This document shows positions 48,061 to 56,892 of a stretch of 64,000 nucleotides of DNA, piece after piece. A program made the position numbers and the translations under genes. Within the stretch, counting starts at the first letter, position 1. Each line of letters begins with the position of its first letter. The notes under the pieces are model-generated. The model saw only the letters and a program-made list of their open reading frames with translations, was not told the origin of the DNA and did no database searches. This DNA is from Armatimonadia bacterium (GTDB lineage Bacteria; Armatimonadota; Zipacnadia; Zipacnadales; UBA11051): NCBI GenBank assembly GCA_039683575.1, contig JBDKRC010000323.1:1-64000 (forward strand), given 5' to 3'.

Positions 48061-48702
48061 ATGCGCAGGGGCTTTACGCTTATCGAGTTGTTGGTCGTAA
48101 TCGCGATCATTGCCATTTTGGCCGCGATTCTGTTCCCGGTCTTCGCCAAGGCCCGTGAAAAGGCCCGTCAGACGAGCTGTCTGTCCAACGTCAAGCAACT
48201 AGGCCTCGCCTTCTACCAGTACGCCCAGGACTATGACGAGGTCAACTGCAAGTGCTACAACGGCCCAACCTACTCGTGGCGTTGGTACTACAATGGCACC
48301 GCCAACCCCGGCATGCTGTATCCGTACATCAACAACTGGCAGGTCTTCCTGTGCCCTAGCGGCGGCGCCTATGGCAGCAACCGCAACGTCGTCGCCGCCA
48401 ACAACTACGGCTCCGGCGTAGCCATGGCCTCCATTCAGTACCCGGCCGAAACCGTCGTCTTCGCCGACTGCACGTGGTGGAACTGCGATCCGGTCACCGG
48501 GCTGGGTGGCAGCTTTGTCTATGGCGTGGGCATGGTCGAGGCGTCTCGCTTCGCCTGGTCTCTGGCTGGCGGGTGCAAGGGCGGCGGCGTAATGCTTGCT
48601 CGCCATAACGAGATGACCAACGTAGCCTTCGCCGATGGTCATGCCAAGGCCATGAAGCCGGCCGCCACCGAGAAACCCGTGACCATGTGGGACCTTAACT
48701 GA
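48061..48702 (+). CDS. Prepilin-type DUF1559 / H-X9-DG protein (#5), tandem paralogue of #4
   Basis: GGAGG RBS and [14 protein letters not shown]; closely similar to #4 along its whole length. Confidence 0.92.
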   Translation: MRRGFTLIELLVVIAIIAILAAILFPVFAKAREKARQTSCLSNVKQLGLAFYQYAQDYDEVNCKCYNGPTYSWRWYYNGTANPGMLYPYINNWQVFLCPSGGAYGSNRNVVAANNYGSGVAMASIQYPAETVVFADCTWWNCDPVTGLGGSFVYGVGMVEASRFAWSLAGGCKGGGVMLARHNEMTNVAFADGHAKAMKPAATEKPVTMWDLN

Positions 48703-48722
48703 CTCAAAACCACCAGAACCAC

Positions 48723-48759
48723 AAAGGCCCTGGCAGCAATGCCAGGGCCTTCTGTTATT
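48723..48759 (+). terminator. Intrinsic terminator, duplicate of the hairpin at 47936
   Basis: AAGGCCCTGGCA-GCAA-TGCCAGGGCCTT followed by CTGTTATT. Confidence 0.8.
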
Positions 48760-48784
48760 CCCTTGACTTGATACTTCCCCCGTA

Positions 48785-49636
48785 CTAGACCGCCGCTACC
48801 CCCGCGCCGACTGCCTTAGCCAGCGACTGGAAGATCGCCATGCCCGGCCCAGGTCCGGTCATCGCACAGGCGTTGCCCCAGGCCTCTTCCTTCAGGTCGG
48901 CCCACTGACCGCCCAGTTCGCCCGGAATCTGCCGCAGGAAGCTCGCCCGCTCCGGATGGGGCATCATGCCCAGAACATTGCCGTCAGGGCTGCACAGGCC
49001 GGCAATATTGGCCATCGCGCCGTTGGGGTTGACCTCACGGTCTTCCGTGACGTTGCCATTCTCGTCGCAGTACTGGAAGACGATCTGGTCGTTCTCCCGC
49101 AGTTGGTCGATAAGCTCGGGGTCACTGGTGGTGAAGCGACCCTCACCGTGCGCAATCGGGATCGGGAAGACTTCACCAGTGGGGATCTCGGTGGTCAGCG
49201 CGCAGCGGCCCTGCGCCGCCGAATGCTTCAGGTACACCCACCGGCAGCAGAACCCTGCGATGCGGTGCTCCGGGTCGTGGAAGTTGGGCGCGAGGCCCAT
49301 CTCGACGTTGCCGGGGTTCAGACCGGGGATCAGACCGGCCTCGATCAGCACCTGTGCGCCGTTGCAAATACCCAGAACGGGCTTGCCCTGCGCGGTGACC
49401 TGCTGGAAAACGGTCTTCATGATCGGCTCTTTGGTGGCGATGACGCCGGAGCGCACGCGGTCCTGGTATGAGAAACCGCCGCCGATGATGTAGCCGTCAT
49501 ATTCCGGAAGTGCCGAAGGGTCGCGATTCCAGCGGAAGACATCGCAGACCAGCCCCACGGCCTCAGCCGCGCGCTTGGTCTCCCATTCGCAGTTGGAACC
49601 GGGGAATTGGATCAAAGCAATACGTTTGTCAGCCAT
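48785..49636 (-). CDS. purQ: Phosphoribosylformylglycinamidine synthase glutaminase subunit
   Basis: FPGSNC, GGFSYQD, GICNG, AHGEG, NPNG and MMPHPER. Confidence 0.93.
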   Translation of the reverse strand: MADKRIALIQFPGSNCEWETKRAAEAVGLVCDVFRWNRDPSALPEYDGYIIGGGFSYQDRVRSGVIATKEPIMKTVFQQVTAQGKPVLGICNGAQVLIEAGLIPGLNPGNVEMGLAPNFHDPEHRIAGFCCRWVYLKHSAAQGRCALTTEIPTGEVFPIPIAHGEGRFTTSDPELIDQLRENDQIVFQYCDENGNVTEDREVNPNGAMANIAGLCSPDGNVLGMMPHPERASFLRQIPGELGGQWADLKEEAWGNACAMTGPGPGMAIFQSLAKAVGAGVAAV

Positions 49637-49669
49637 AACATGCACCTGCTTGAGAAGTACGCAGCCCCC

Positions 49670-49698
49670 ATATTAGAACGAAAGCCCGGCGAAGGCAA
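49670..49698 (-). promoter_or_regulatory. Possible sigma70 promoter for purQ
   Basis: TTGCCT-N17-TAATAT on the minus strand. Confidence 0.45.
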
Positions 49699-49771
49699 GG
49701 GGGCCAGGCGGCGATTCTGCGTCCGGGCATACGGTGCGATCCAGTCCACTCACGCGGCCCCGTCGCCCCTT

Positions 49772-49798
49772 TGTCATGCTGAACGAAGTGAAGCATCT
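49772..49798. repeat. TGTCAT-type short palindromic repeat (family E)
   Basis: TGTCATGCTGAACGAAGTGAAGCATCT; related to the copy at 55785-55811. Confidence 0.7.
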
Positions 49799-50199
49799 CC
49801 CCTCTTCCGGCCCCTGACCGAACACTCAGCCCCGATCAGACGTCCACAACCTGTCGCCGCCTGCTCATCATGATGAAGATGCTCTGCCGGGACAAACGCG
49901 AAACATCTTGGCCCTCTGGAGCAACTATCCTCTGTAATACATGCGGCAGCATGCCGGGCACAACCTGCCCAAGTACCTTCGAGGTGTCTGCCATGCGGTC
50001 ATTTCTTCTGCGAGAGTTCTGCCCCCCAAAGCCGCTCCAGAGCCCGGAACGGCGCTCTCACGGCGAATCTGTCAAGACGCGCGCCCTCTTGCGGAGCAAT
50101 CTCATGTACGGCTGGCCCGCCTGCGTGGCAAGGACGCCCTGCCACCGCCATTAGTCGCGGTCCCCTCCCGATTCAGTCCTCGCTCAAGGCATCCTCAAC

Positions 50200-50229
50200 T
50201 TGACACTTCCCTCACCTGCCCGCTATAAT
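50200..50229 (+). promoter_or_regulatory. Consensus sigma70 promoter
   Basis: TTGACA-N18-TATAAT, both hexamers perfect. Confidence 0.8.
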
Positions 50230-50311
50230 CTTATCAAATTGTGCGTCGGGGTTGGACGGTCGTCGCACGATGCAAGATCAACACAATGCTGTCTGAGGAG
50301 GCGTCAGTTCG

Positions 50312-51013
50312 ATGGCCGATACTCCCAATACTCCCCGTGACGTCGATGACATTAGCCTTGACGATGCCCGACCCGCGAAGAAGAGCGGCAAGGCTGCGGG
50401 CATTCTTCTGCTGTTGGTGCTGATTGGCATCGTACTCCTGGTCTGGTGGTTCAGCGCGGAAGCCAAGCGCGCCGCTGAAGAGCGCCAGAAGGCCGAGACG
50501 GCCCGTCAGGCCCAGCTCACGATGGTCCAGGGCAACATCTCCGACGCAGTCGCCGCCGGCGAGGCTGGCAACGTGGACCTCGCCCTCAACAAGCTGCAGA
50601 TCGCCGAGGACAAGCTCGGCCAGATGATCTCCGCCGCCAACAGCGAGAACAACCAGCAAGCGGCGCAGGAAGCCTATACCAAGCGCCAGTTCGTCATCGA
50701 CGCCCGCAAGGCCATTGAAGAAGAGCAGACGCGCTTCCGCTCGGTAGTCAACGAGAAGCTCGGTAGCCTGCGGGCGGCCTTTGGCGTGGCCCAGTCTATC
50801 CCTTCCGCCACGCCCGCAACCGAAGGCACCACGGGTACCACGCCTGCGCCCGGCGCAGGTGTAGTCGCCCCCAACCCTGAGGCCCCGATCTCTCCCGAGG
50901 CCCCGCAGGTAGCCCCGGTTCCTGGCGCTGCGGCTCCGGCTGCCCCGGGCGCGACGCCGGCCGCCCCGGCGGCTCCCGCCGCTGCGGCTCCGGCTACCCC
51001 GGCCGCCAGCTAG
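50312..51013 (+). CDS. Hypothetical single-pass membrane protein with a helical domain and Pro/Ala-rich tail
   Basis: GAGGAGG RBS, transmembrane segment AAGILLLLVLIGIVLLVWWF, coiled coil and a low-complexity C-terminus. Confidence 0.75.
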   Translation: MADTPNTPRDVDDISLDDARPAKKSGKAAGILLLLVLIGIVLLVWWFSAEAKRAAEERQKAETARQAQLTMVQGNISDAVAAGEAGNVDLALNKLQIAEDKLGQMISAANSENNQQAAQEAYTKRQFVIDARKAIEEEQTRFRSVVNEKLGSLRAAFGVAQSIPSATPATEGTTGTTPAPGAGVVAPNPEAPISPEAPQVAPVPGAAAPAAPGATPAAPAAPAAAAPATPAAS

Positions 51014-51148
51014 CGCGCCGCTGAAACAAATCGTTCTGTTCCGGCCTGGCGGGGTCTCGCACCCCGCCAGCCGCTCACCGACCAGTTTTCCAGCGGGGCA
51101 CCAGCCCCCGCTGCAGAGGGTCCCTCAGGGGTCTTCAGGAGGCTATCT

Positions 51149-52459
51149 ATGGCCGCCATGAGCAAGCGGGCGGCGCAGCTCGTCTCCAAGCTACGCGCTA
51201 AAAGCTCGACGTCGCGTGATGAAGTCGTTGCCCAACTCGTGGAACTTGGCTCCGAAGCCGTTCCACCGCTCCTGCGTGCGCTCGCGCACAAGGATTACAA
51301 GGTTCGCATTGCCGCCGCCGAAGCCCTCGGCAAACTCCGCGATCCTGAAGCCATCACCGCTCTTATCGAAGCCCTCAGCGACTCCAGCAAGAACGTGCAG
51401 GAGGCTGCCGCCGAAGCGCTCACGCGCGTTGGCGATGCCGCCGCGCCTGCCCTACTGGACGCCCTGATCGGCAAGGACCAGGCGGCGCGCAAGTGGGCCG
51501 CAGAGGCCCTCGGCAACCTCGGCGACGAGTCCGTCGCCATGCAACTGATCGCCCGCCTCAATGACCCCAATGTCGAGGTGCAGCGGGCCGCAGTGACAGC
51601 CCTGGGCGGTCTGAAGAGCAAGCGCGCCATCGAGCCGTTGATAGACGTACTGGCGTCCGAGAACGTCGAGTTGGCCCGCGCGGCCGCCGAGGCTCTCGGC
51701 AAGATCAAGGGCACTATCGCGATCGAGCCCCTCACCACCGCGCTCTCCTCACCAAGCGTGGACGTGCGCGCTGCCGCGGCCTCATCGCTGGCCCGCGTCG
51801 GCAAGCGTGCCGTGCCTCATCTCCTCAAGACCATCCACCACGAGGACTACATCGTCCGCCGCTGGATCGTCGAGATCCTGGGTGAGATCGGCGCTGAAGA
51901 CGCCCGCGACGCCCTCATTGAAGCCCTCTCCGACCCCAACGAGCGCGTGGTGCACTACGCCGCCATCGCCCTCGGCCGGATCGGCAAGCCCTCCGTCATC
52001 CCGCACCTAGTGGCCCTTTTGGATCACGAGAAGGAAGACGTGCGCTGCGCCGCTGTGCAGGGCCTTTCGAGTATCGGCACCTACCAGGTGGTTCAGCACC
52101 TCTCGCAGATGCTCAAGGACCCTGACTGGGTAACACGCCTCACCGCGGCGCGGGGGTTGGGACAGGTCGGCACCCGCACCTGCGTGGAGCCGCTGGTCAA
52201 GGCCCTCAAGGACCCGGAGTGGAGCGTGCGCCGTCACGCGGCGGCTTCCCTCGGAGAAGTGGGCATCAAGAAGGGCGCTGCCGAGCCCCTTATCAAGGCG
52301 CTCGACGACCCCAAGCCGACGGTTGTACTCGCGGCTGCGCTCTCGCTGGGGCAGCTGAAAGCCACGGAAGCGATTCCGCGGCTCCAGAAGCTGCTCAAGC
52401 ACGATGACGACAAAGTGAAGCTGATGGCCCAGGAGATCCTGGATATGCTCGGGGAGTAG
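51149..52459 (+). CDS. HEAT/PBS-lyase repeat protein
   Basis: Tandem ~31-aa VRxxAAxALG...AIEPLIxAL.D repeats over the whole length; CAGGAGG RBS. Confidence 0.9.
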   Translation: MAAMSKRAAQLVSKLRAKSSTSRDEVVAQLVELGSEAVPPLLRALAHKDYKVRIAAAEALGKLRDPEAITALIEALSDSSKNVQEAAAEALTRVGDAAAPALLDALIGKDQAARKWAAEALGNLGDESVAMQLIARLNDPNVEVQRAAVTALGGLKSKRAIEPLIDVLASENVELARAAAEALGKIKGTIAIEPLTTALSSPSVDVRAAAASSLARVGKRAVPHLLKTIHHEDYIVRRWIVEILGEIGAEDARDALIEALSDPNERVVHYAAIALGRIGKPSVIPHLVALLDHEKEDVRCAAVQGLSSIGTYQVVQHLSQMLKDPDWVTRLTAARGLGQVGTRTCVEPLVKALKDPEWSVRRHAAASLGEVGIKKGAAEPLIKALDDPKPTVVLAAALSLGQLKATEAIPRLQKLLKHDDDKVKLMAQEILDMLGE

Positions 52460-52486
52460 TCGCGGAGTCAACCGGGAAGAACTAAC

Positions 52487-52519
52487 AGGAGCGGCCCCCG
52501 TGGGCCGCTCCTTGTGTTT
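52487..52519. terminator. Terminator hairpin between convergent genes
   Basis: AGGAGCGGCCC-CCGT-GGGCCGCTCCT followed by TGTGTTT. Confidence 0.8.
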
Positions 52520-52520
52520 C

Positions 52521-53321
52521 CTATCCCCAGATTTCGCTAAGCCACTCACCGCACAGATCAATCCACGAAGCCACATGCGGCTGCTCCGGCGCCAGGCCGA
52601 GCCCGTGCCTGCCCGAGCCGTACACATGCAGCTCAAAGGGCACCTTGTGCGCCGCGCATGCCTGCGCGAACAGCAGGCTGTTCTGGACGGGCACGCCCGG
52701 ATCATCAGCCGTATGCCACAGGAAGGTCGGCGGCGTGCTGCTGTTGACCTGCAGTTCGTTGCTCAGGTTCTCCAGCAGGTCCGCCGGGGGGGTCTCACCC
52801 AACAGGTTGATGAATGATCCCTGGTGGGCATTGGGCCCTGAACTGACGACGGGGTAGCAGAGAATGGCCGCGTCAGGCCGGCAACTGAACCGCGAGAGCG
52901 CGTCATCCCCCTCGATCCCTTCATCCCAGTGAGTAGCCGCAGTCGACGCCAGATGCCCTCCGGCGGAGAAGCCCAGTATCCCCACCTGCGCCGGATTCAC
53001 GCCCAAGGCCTCAGCATTGGCCCGCACCCAGCGCACGGCGCGCTGGGCGTCCATCAGCGGGTACGGGTGCCGGTACGGCGACACGCGGTAGTCGCATACA
53101 CACCCTGCGAAGCCGCGCTCGTTGAGGGCCTCGGCGATCGGCGCGCCCTCATGCGGCGCCCGGTGCGAGTATCCCCCGCCCGGCAGAACCACGACGCAGC
53201 CAACTGGCTCGCGGGTCTCAATGGGGAAGGGAGTGATGGTCGGCGCAAAGACGGGGTCGGCGCTGTCGAGGCCGGGTGCCCCCTCCGTCCAAAGCAGTTG
53301 CGGCTCACCACGGTTAATCAT
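52521..53321 (-). CDS. Alpha/beta-hydrolase (acetyl/feruloyl esterase-like)
   Basis: PGGGY oxyanion loop, GFSAGG nucleophile, and ADD / GRHG triad residues. Confidence 0.85.
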   Translation of the reverse strand: MINRGEPQLLWTEGAPGLDSADPVFAPTITPFPIETREPVGCVVVLPGGGYSHRAPHEGAPIAEALNERGFAGCVCDYRVSPYRHPYPLMDAQRAVRWVRANAEALGVNPAQVGILGFSAGGHLASTAATHWDEGIEGDDALSRFSCRPDAAILCYPVVSSGPNAHQGSFINLLGETPPADLLENLSNELQVNSSTPPTFLWHTADDPGVPVQNSLLFAQACAAHKVPFELHVYGSGRHGLGLAPEQPHVASWIDLCGEWLSEIWG

Positions 53322-53511
53322 TGCGAATCTCCTCGTTATCCTTAGACTGTGTCACAGGCGTCTGCGGCACATGTCCACAACTATCCTTAAACGCGCAGCC
53401 GATGCACATGTCCTCCTGGCAGGCGGTCTTCCCGCGCCAGGCTCGCGTCAGGTTCCGCACCACATACCACGCCGCCACCAGCACGATAATCCCAATGATG
53501 ACCTGTTCCAT
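53314..53511 (-). CDS. FeoB-associated Cys-rich small membrane protein
   Basis: N-terminal transmembrane segment then C-x4-C-x2-C-x5-C; GAGGAGG RBS; directly after feoB. Confidence 0.8.
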   Translation of the reverse strand: MEQVIIGIIVLVAAWYVVRNLTRAWRGKTACQEDMCIGCAFKDSCGHVPQTPVTQSKDNEEIRND

Positions 53512-53532
53512 CCCGCACCTCCTCAGAGCTCT

Positions 53533-55767
53533 CTACGCTCCGAGCCCCAGCAGCATCCCCGTCTGGTATACCACAAACCCGACCACCCACGCCAGCGCGC
53601 ACGTGTAGCCCACCGAGAACAGCGTCCACTTCCACGAGCACGTCTCCTTGTAGATCGCTGCCACTGTAGACACGCACGGGATATAGATCAGTACAAATAC
53701 CATGAGTGTAAAGGCCACCAGCGGATTGAGCCCCGGATCGGCCCGCAGGGCGCTGCGTAGCTCCTGCGACTTCTCGTCCGTGCCCTCCAGGCTGTAGATC
53801 GTGCCGAAGGTCGAGACGATGATCTCCTTCGCCGCCAACCCCGCAAACAGCCCTGTGGCGACCTTGTAATCAAACCCCAGCGGCTTCATGGCCGGCTCCA
53901 GCGTCTTCCCCAGCCGCCCCGCGTAGCTGTGCAAGATCGCCCGCTCCGCATTTTGCCCGGCTGTCAGGGCCGGATCAGCCGGCAACCTTGGATAGCTGAG
54001 CAGGAACCACATCACCACCGACATCGCCAGGATCGTCGTGCCCGCCTTGCGCACATACAGCCACCCCCGCTCCCACATGTGGATGAGCGTCCCCTTCAGC
54101 GTTGGAAAGCGGTACGGGGGCAGCTCCATCACAAACGGCGTCGGCGGGCCGGGGAAGAGGTACCTGCTGAACAGCTTGGCCATCAGCAGCGCCAGAAACA
54201 CCCCCAGCGCATAGATCGCGAAGATGACCTTCCCCGCCGCCTGCGGCGAGAAGAACGCCCCGGTGAGCAGGATGTACACCGGCAGGCGCGCCCCGCAACT
54301 CATCAGCGGCACCACCAGAATGGTCACCAGCCGCTCGCGGGGGCTCTCCAGCGTCCGCGTCGCCAGGACCGCCGGAACGCTGCACCCAAACCCGATCAGC
54401 ATCGAAATGAAGCTCTTGCCATGCAGCCCCACCTGGTGCATGACGCGATCCACCACAAACGCCGCCCGTGACATGTACCCGCTGTCCTCAAAGAGCGAGA
54501 TAGCGACGAACAGCAGCAGAATATTCGGCAAGAACACCAGCACCCCACCAACACCGCCGACCACACCGTCAGCGATCAGCGACTGCAACTGCCCCGGCGG
54601 CAGGTATGCTGTCGCGGTCGCATGAAGCCAGTTGAAGAAGATCTCAAGCCCCAGCATGAGCGGGTTGCCGAGGCGGAAGACCCCCTCAAACATCACCCAC
54701 ATCAGGAAGAAGAAGATCGGCAGGCCAAACACGCGGTTAGCCAGCACCGTGTCCACCCGCTCCGACCAGTCCCGACGGTCCTGCGCAACGCTCGTGACCG
54801 CCTCGCGGCAGGCCCCGCTGACGAACCCGTAGCGCCGGTCCGCCAGCGCAATCTCCGGGTCGTCGCCGAAAACCTCCGCAATATGCGCCCGGGCCGCGTC
54901 CGTCATGCGCAGCAGCGCCTCGCCCTCCGCCCCCAGCCGCTCGACTCGCTGCCGCACCTGGCTGTCGTCCTCAAGAAGCTTGATCGCCGTCCACCGCGCC
55001 GGCAGTTCAGATAGCGAGATATCGGCCAGCGCCAGGTCCGCATGCATACCTCGCGGCTTGAGGGCCTCACGTTCGTGGCCCCGTCCGGGCCCATGGTGCC
55101 GCCGCTGCCGCCCCCGACCCAGGTGCAGCGGCCCCCGCTGTACCTCAGCCGCTCCCCCCTCCGGCTCCGCTCGCAAGCGTTGTGCCTCTATGGCCGCGGT
55201 AAGCTCCTCAATATGCTGCTCCAGCTCCGGCCCGTAGTTGATCCGGATCTGCCGTGGCCGCCCCTCCTCCGCCGCCGCCAGCACCGCGTCAAGCAGCTTC
55301 TCCGCCCCATGCCCCCGGCGCGCCACAACCGGCACCACCGGCAGCCCGAACAGCTCTGACAGGAGCTCCACGTTGATCTGCTTGCCCTTGGTCTCCGCCA
55401 CGTCCATCATGTTCAGCGCCAGTACCACCGGCACGTCCAGCTCCAGGAACATGCTGGCCAGATACAGGTTGCGCTCGAGGTTCGACGCGTCCACCACATC
55501 CACCACGACGTCCGGCTTGTCATGGAGGATGAAGTTGCGGGCCACGACCTCCTCAAGCGAATAGGCCGTCAGACTGTACGTTCCCGGCAGATCAACAAAG
55601 TGCAGCCGGTGCCCGGCATACTCCCGGTCCCCCTCCTTCTTCTCCACCGTCACGCCCGGGTAGTTGCCGACATGCTGATGCGAACCAGTCAGCTCATTGA
55701 AGAGCGTGGTCTTCCCCGAATTTGGATTGCCCGCCAGGGCTACAACAATCGTCTTTGGCATATCCAT
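53533..55767 (-). CDS. feoB: Ferrous iron transporter FeoB
   Basis: GNPNSGKT, VGNYPGVTVE, DLPG, NMMD, GFGCSVP, MSCGARLP and YIPC. Confidence 0.95.
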   Translation of the reverse strand: MDMPKTIVVALAGNPNSGKTTLFNELTGSHQHVGNYPGVTVEKKEGDREYAGHRLHFVDLPGTYSLTAYSLEEVVARNFILHDKPDVVVDVVDASNLERNLYLASMFLELDVPVVLALNMMDVAETKGKQINVELLSELFGLPVVPVVARRGHGAEKLLDAVLAAAEEGRPRQIRINYGPELEQHIEELTAAIEAQRLRAEPEGGAAEVQRGPLHLGRGRQRRHHGPGRGHEREALKPRGMHADLALADISLSELPARWTAIKLLEDDSQVRQRVERLGAEGEALLRMTDAARAHIAEVFGDDPEIALADRRYGFVSGACREAVTSVAQDRRDWSERVDTVLANRVFGLPIFFFLMWVMFEGVFRLGNPLMLGLEIFFNWLHATATAYLPPGQLQSLIADGVVGGVGGVLVFLPNILLLFVAISLFEDSGYMSRAAFVVDRVMHQVGLHGKSFISMLIGFGCSVPAVLATRTLESPRERLVTILVVPLMSCGARLPVYILLTGAFFSPQAAGKVIFAIYALGVFLALLMAKLFSRYLFPGPPTPFVMELPPYRFPTLKGTLIHMWERGWLYVRKAGTTILAMSVVMWFLLSYPRLPADPALTAGQNAERAILHSYAGRLGKTLEPAMKPLGFDYKVATGLFAGLAAKEIIVSTFGTIYSLEGTDEKSQELRSALRADPGLNPLVAFTLMVFVLIYIPCVSTVAAIYKETCSWKWTLFSVGYTCALAWVVGFVVYQTGMLLGLGA

Positions 55768-55784
55768 TATTGTCTATGGTAGTC

Positions 55785-55811
55785 TGTCATTCTGAGCGAA
55801 GCGAAGAATCT
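55785..55811. repeat. TGTCAT-type short palindromic repeat (family E)
   Basis: TGTCATTCTGAGCGAAGCGAAGAATCT inside the feo operon, between the regulator gene and feoB. Confidence 0.75.
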
Positions 55812-55832
55812 CCGCCAACCACGCGCAAGCAG

Positions 55833-56873
55833 CTACTCCTCCCGCCTCACGGAAATATCCTGCGCAATTACCGACGCCAAGTGCACCTCATTCCCCTCCA
55901 CACTCATCGCCACCGTGTTCGGCTCCGCCGACTTCCGCACTTCCAGCCGCGCGCCCGCCTGCAGTCCCATCCCCAGCAGCCGCCGCTTCCGGCCAGCCGT
56001 CCCCTGTACCTCGACGACGGTCACGCTCGCGCCGGGTTCGACATCCACCAGCGCCTGCTGCAAAATCACCACCTCGATCTCCGCCGCCTCCTCCCGCCGG
56101 AGGGTCAGGTGGTACTCCATTACCGTGACTTCCATGGGATCGCCCAGCGGCGCCAGCCGCTCAACCTTCACCTCCGCCCCCGGTCGCAGCCCCATGTCGA
56201 GCAAGCGCCGCCGAATCGCCCCCTGCCCGCAGACCTTCAAAATCCGTGACACCGTCCCCGGCGCCGCGTGGTCAAGGCTCGTCCGGGGCCGCGTATCCGC
56301 CGGCTCTGCCTCCTCCACCTCACATTCCTCCGCCTCCGCCTGTGCCGGCGCGCTCACAGCCACGGGTGCCGCCACCGCTACCACCGGGGCCGCAACTACC
56401 GCCGGCGCGGCGACCTCCCCCGGCTTTTCCTCCACGGGCGCCTTCTGCAGATACCGCAGCCACTGCTCGCGGATGTTCTCGTCTGTCTGCATGAACTGCG
56501 TCAAAGCCACCAGCCGCTCCAGCGCCTCGGCGCTCAGCGCGTGCTCCAGCCCGCACGCCTCCACCTCGGCCCGCTCCGCCTCGATCATCATGATCCGCTG
56601 CAAAAAGCCCACGATCGCCTGGTGTCGCTGGTAAACCTGCCGCGCCAGATGCTCTCCCTCAGGCGTGAGCGTGATGTAGCCATACGACTCGTGGTTCACA
56701 AGCTCACGTGCCTTGAGGGCCTTCAGCGCCCCGCTGACGCTCGGCATCTTCACCTTGAGCCGCTGCGCAATATCGCGCACCCGCGCCACCTGATGCTCAA
56801 GCTGCATCTGGTAGATGGCCTCAAGATAGTCCTGCATGTGGGTGGAAAGATCAGCGGAAGCGAGGTCAGGCAT
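55833..56873 (-). CDS. DtxR/IdeR family metal-dependent repressor fused to two FeoA domains
   Basis: DYLEAIY, SVSGALK.L, RH and EACGLEH; FeoA repeats RRRLLDMGLRPG...APLGDP and RRLLGMGLQAG. Confidence 0.88.
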   Translation of the reverse strand: MPDLASADLSTHMQDYLEAIYQMQLEHQVARVRDIAQRLKVKMPSVSGALKALKARELVNHESYGYITLTPEGEHLARQVYQRHQAIVGFLQRIMMIEAERAEVEACGLEHALSAEALERLVALTQFMQTDENIREQWLRYLQKAPVEEKPGEVAAPAVVAAPVVAVAAPVAVSAPAQAEAEECEVEEAEPADTRPRTSLDHAAPGTVSRILKVCGQGAIRRRLLDMGLRPGAEVKVERLAPLGDPMEVTVMEYHLTLRREEAAEIEVVILQQALVDVEPGASVTVVEVQGTAGRKRRLLGMGLQAGARLEVRKSAEPNTVAMSVEGNEVHLASVIAQDISVRREE

Positions 56874-56892
56874 GGGAGGCACCCCAAAAAAT

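Noticed and set aside
47265-48702. Diversity-generating retroelement acting on the DUF1559 paralogues
   Set aside because: There is no reverse transcriptase, and the differences between copies are not adenine-specific and include many synonymous changes.
48785-49636. Stand-alone purQ as a repurposed amidotransferase
   Set aside because: All PurQ motifs are canonical and scattered pur genes are common. purS and purL may simply lie elsewhere.
49870-50228. Short ORFs between purQ and the 50312 gene
   Set aside because: No convincing RBS, recognisable motif or typical codon pattern in any frame examined.
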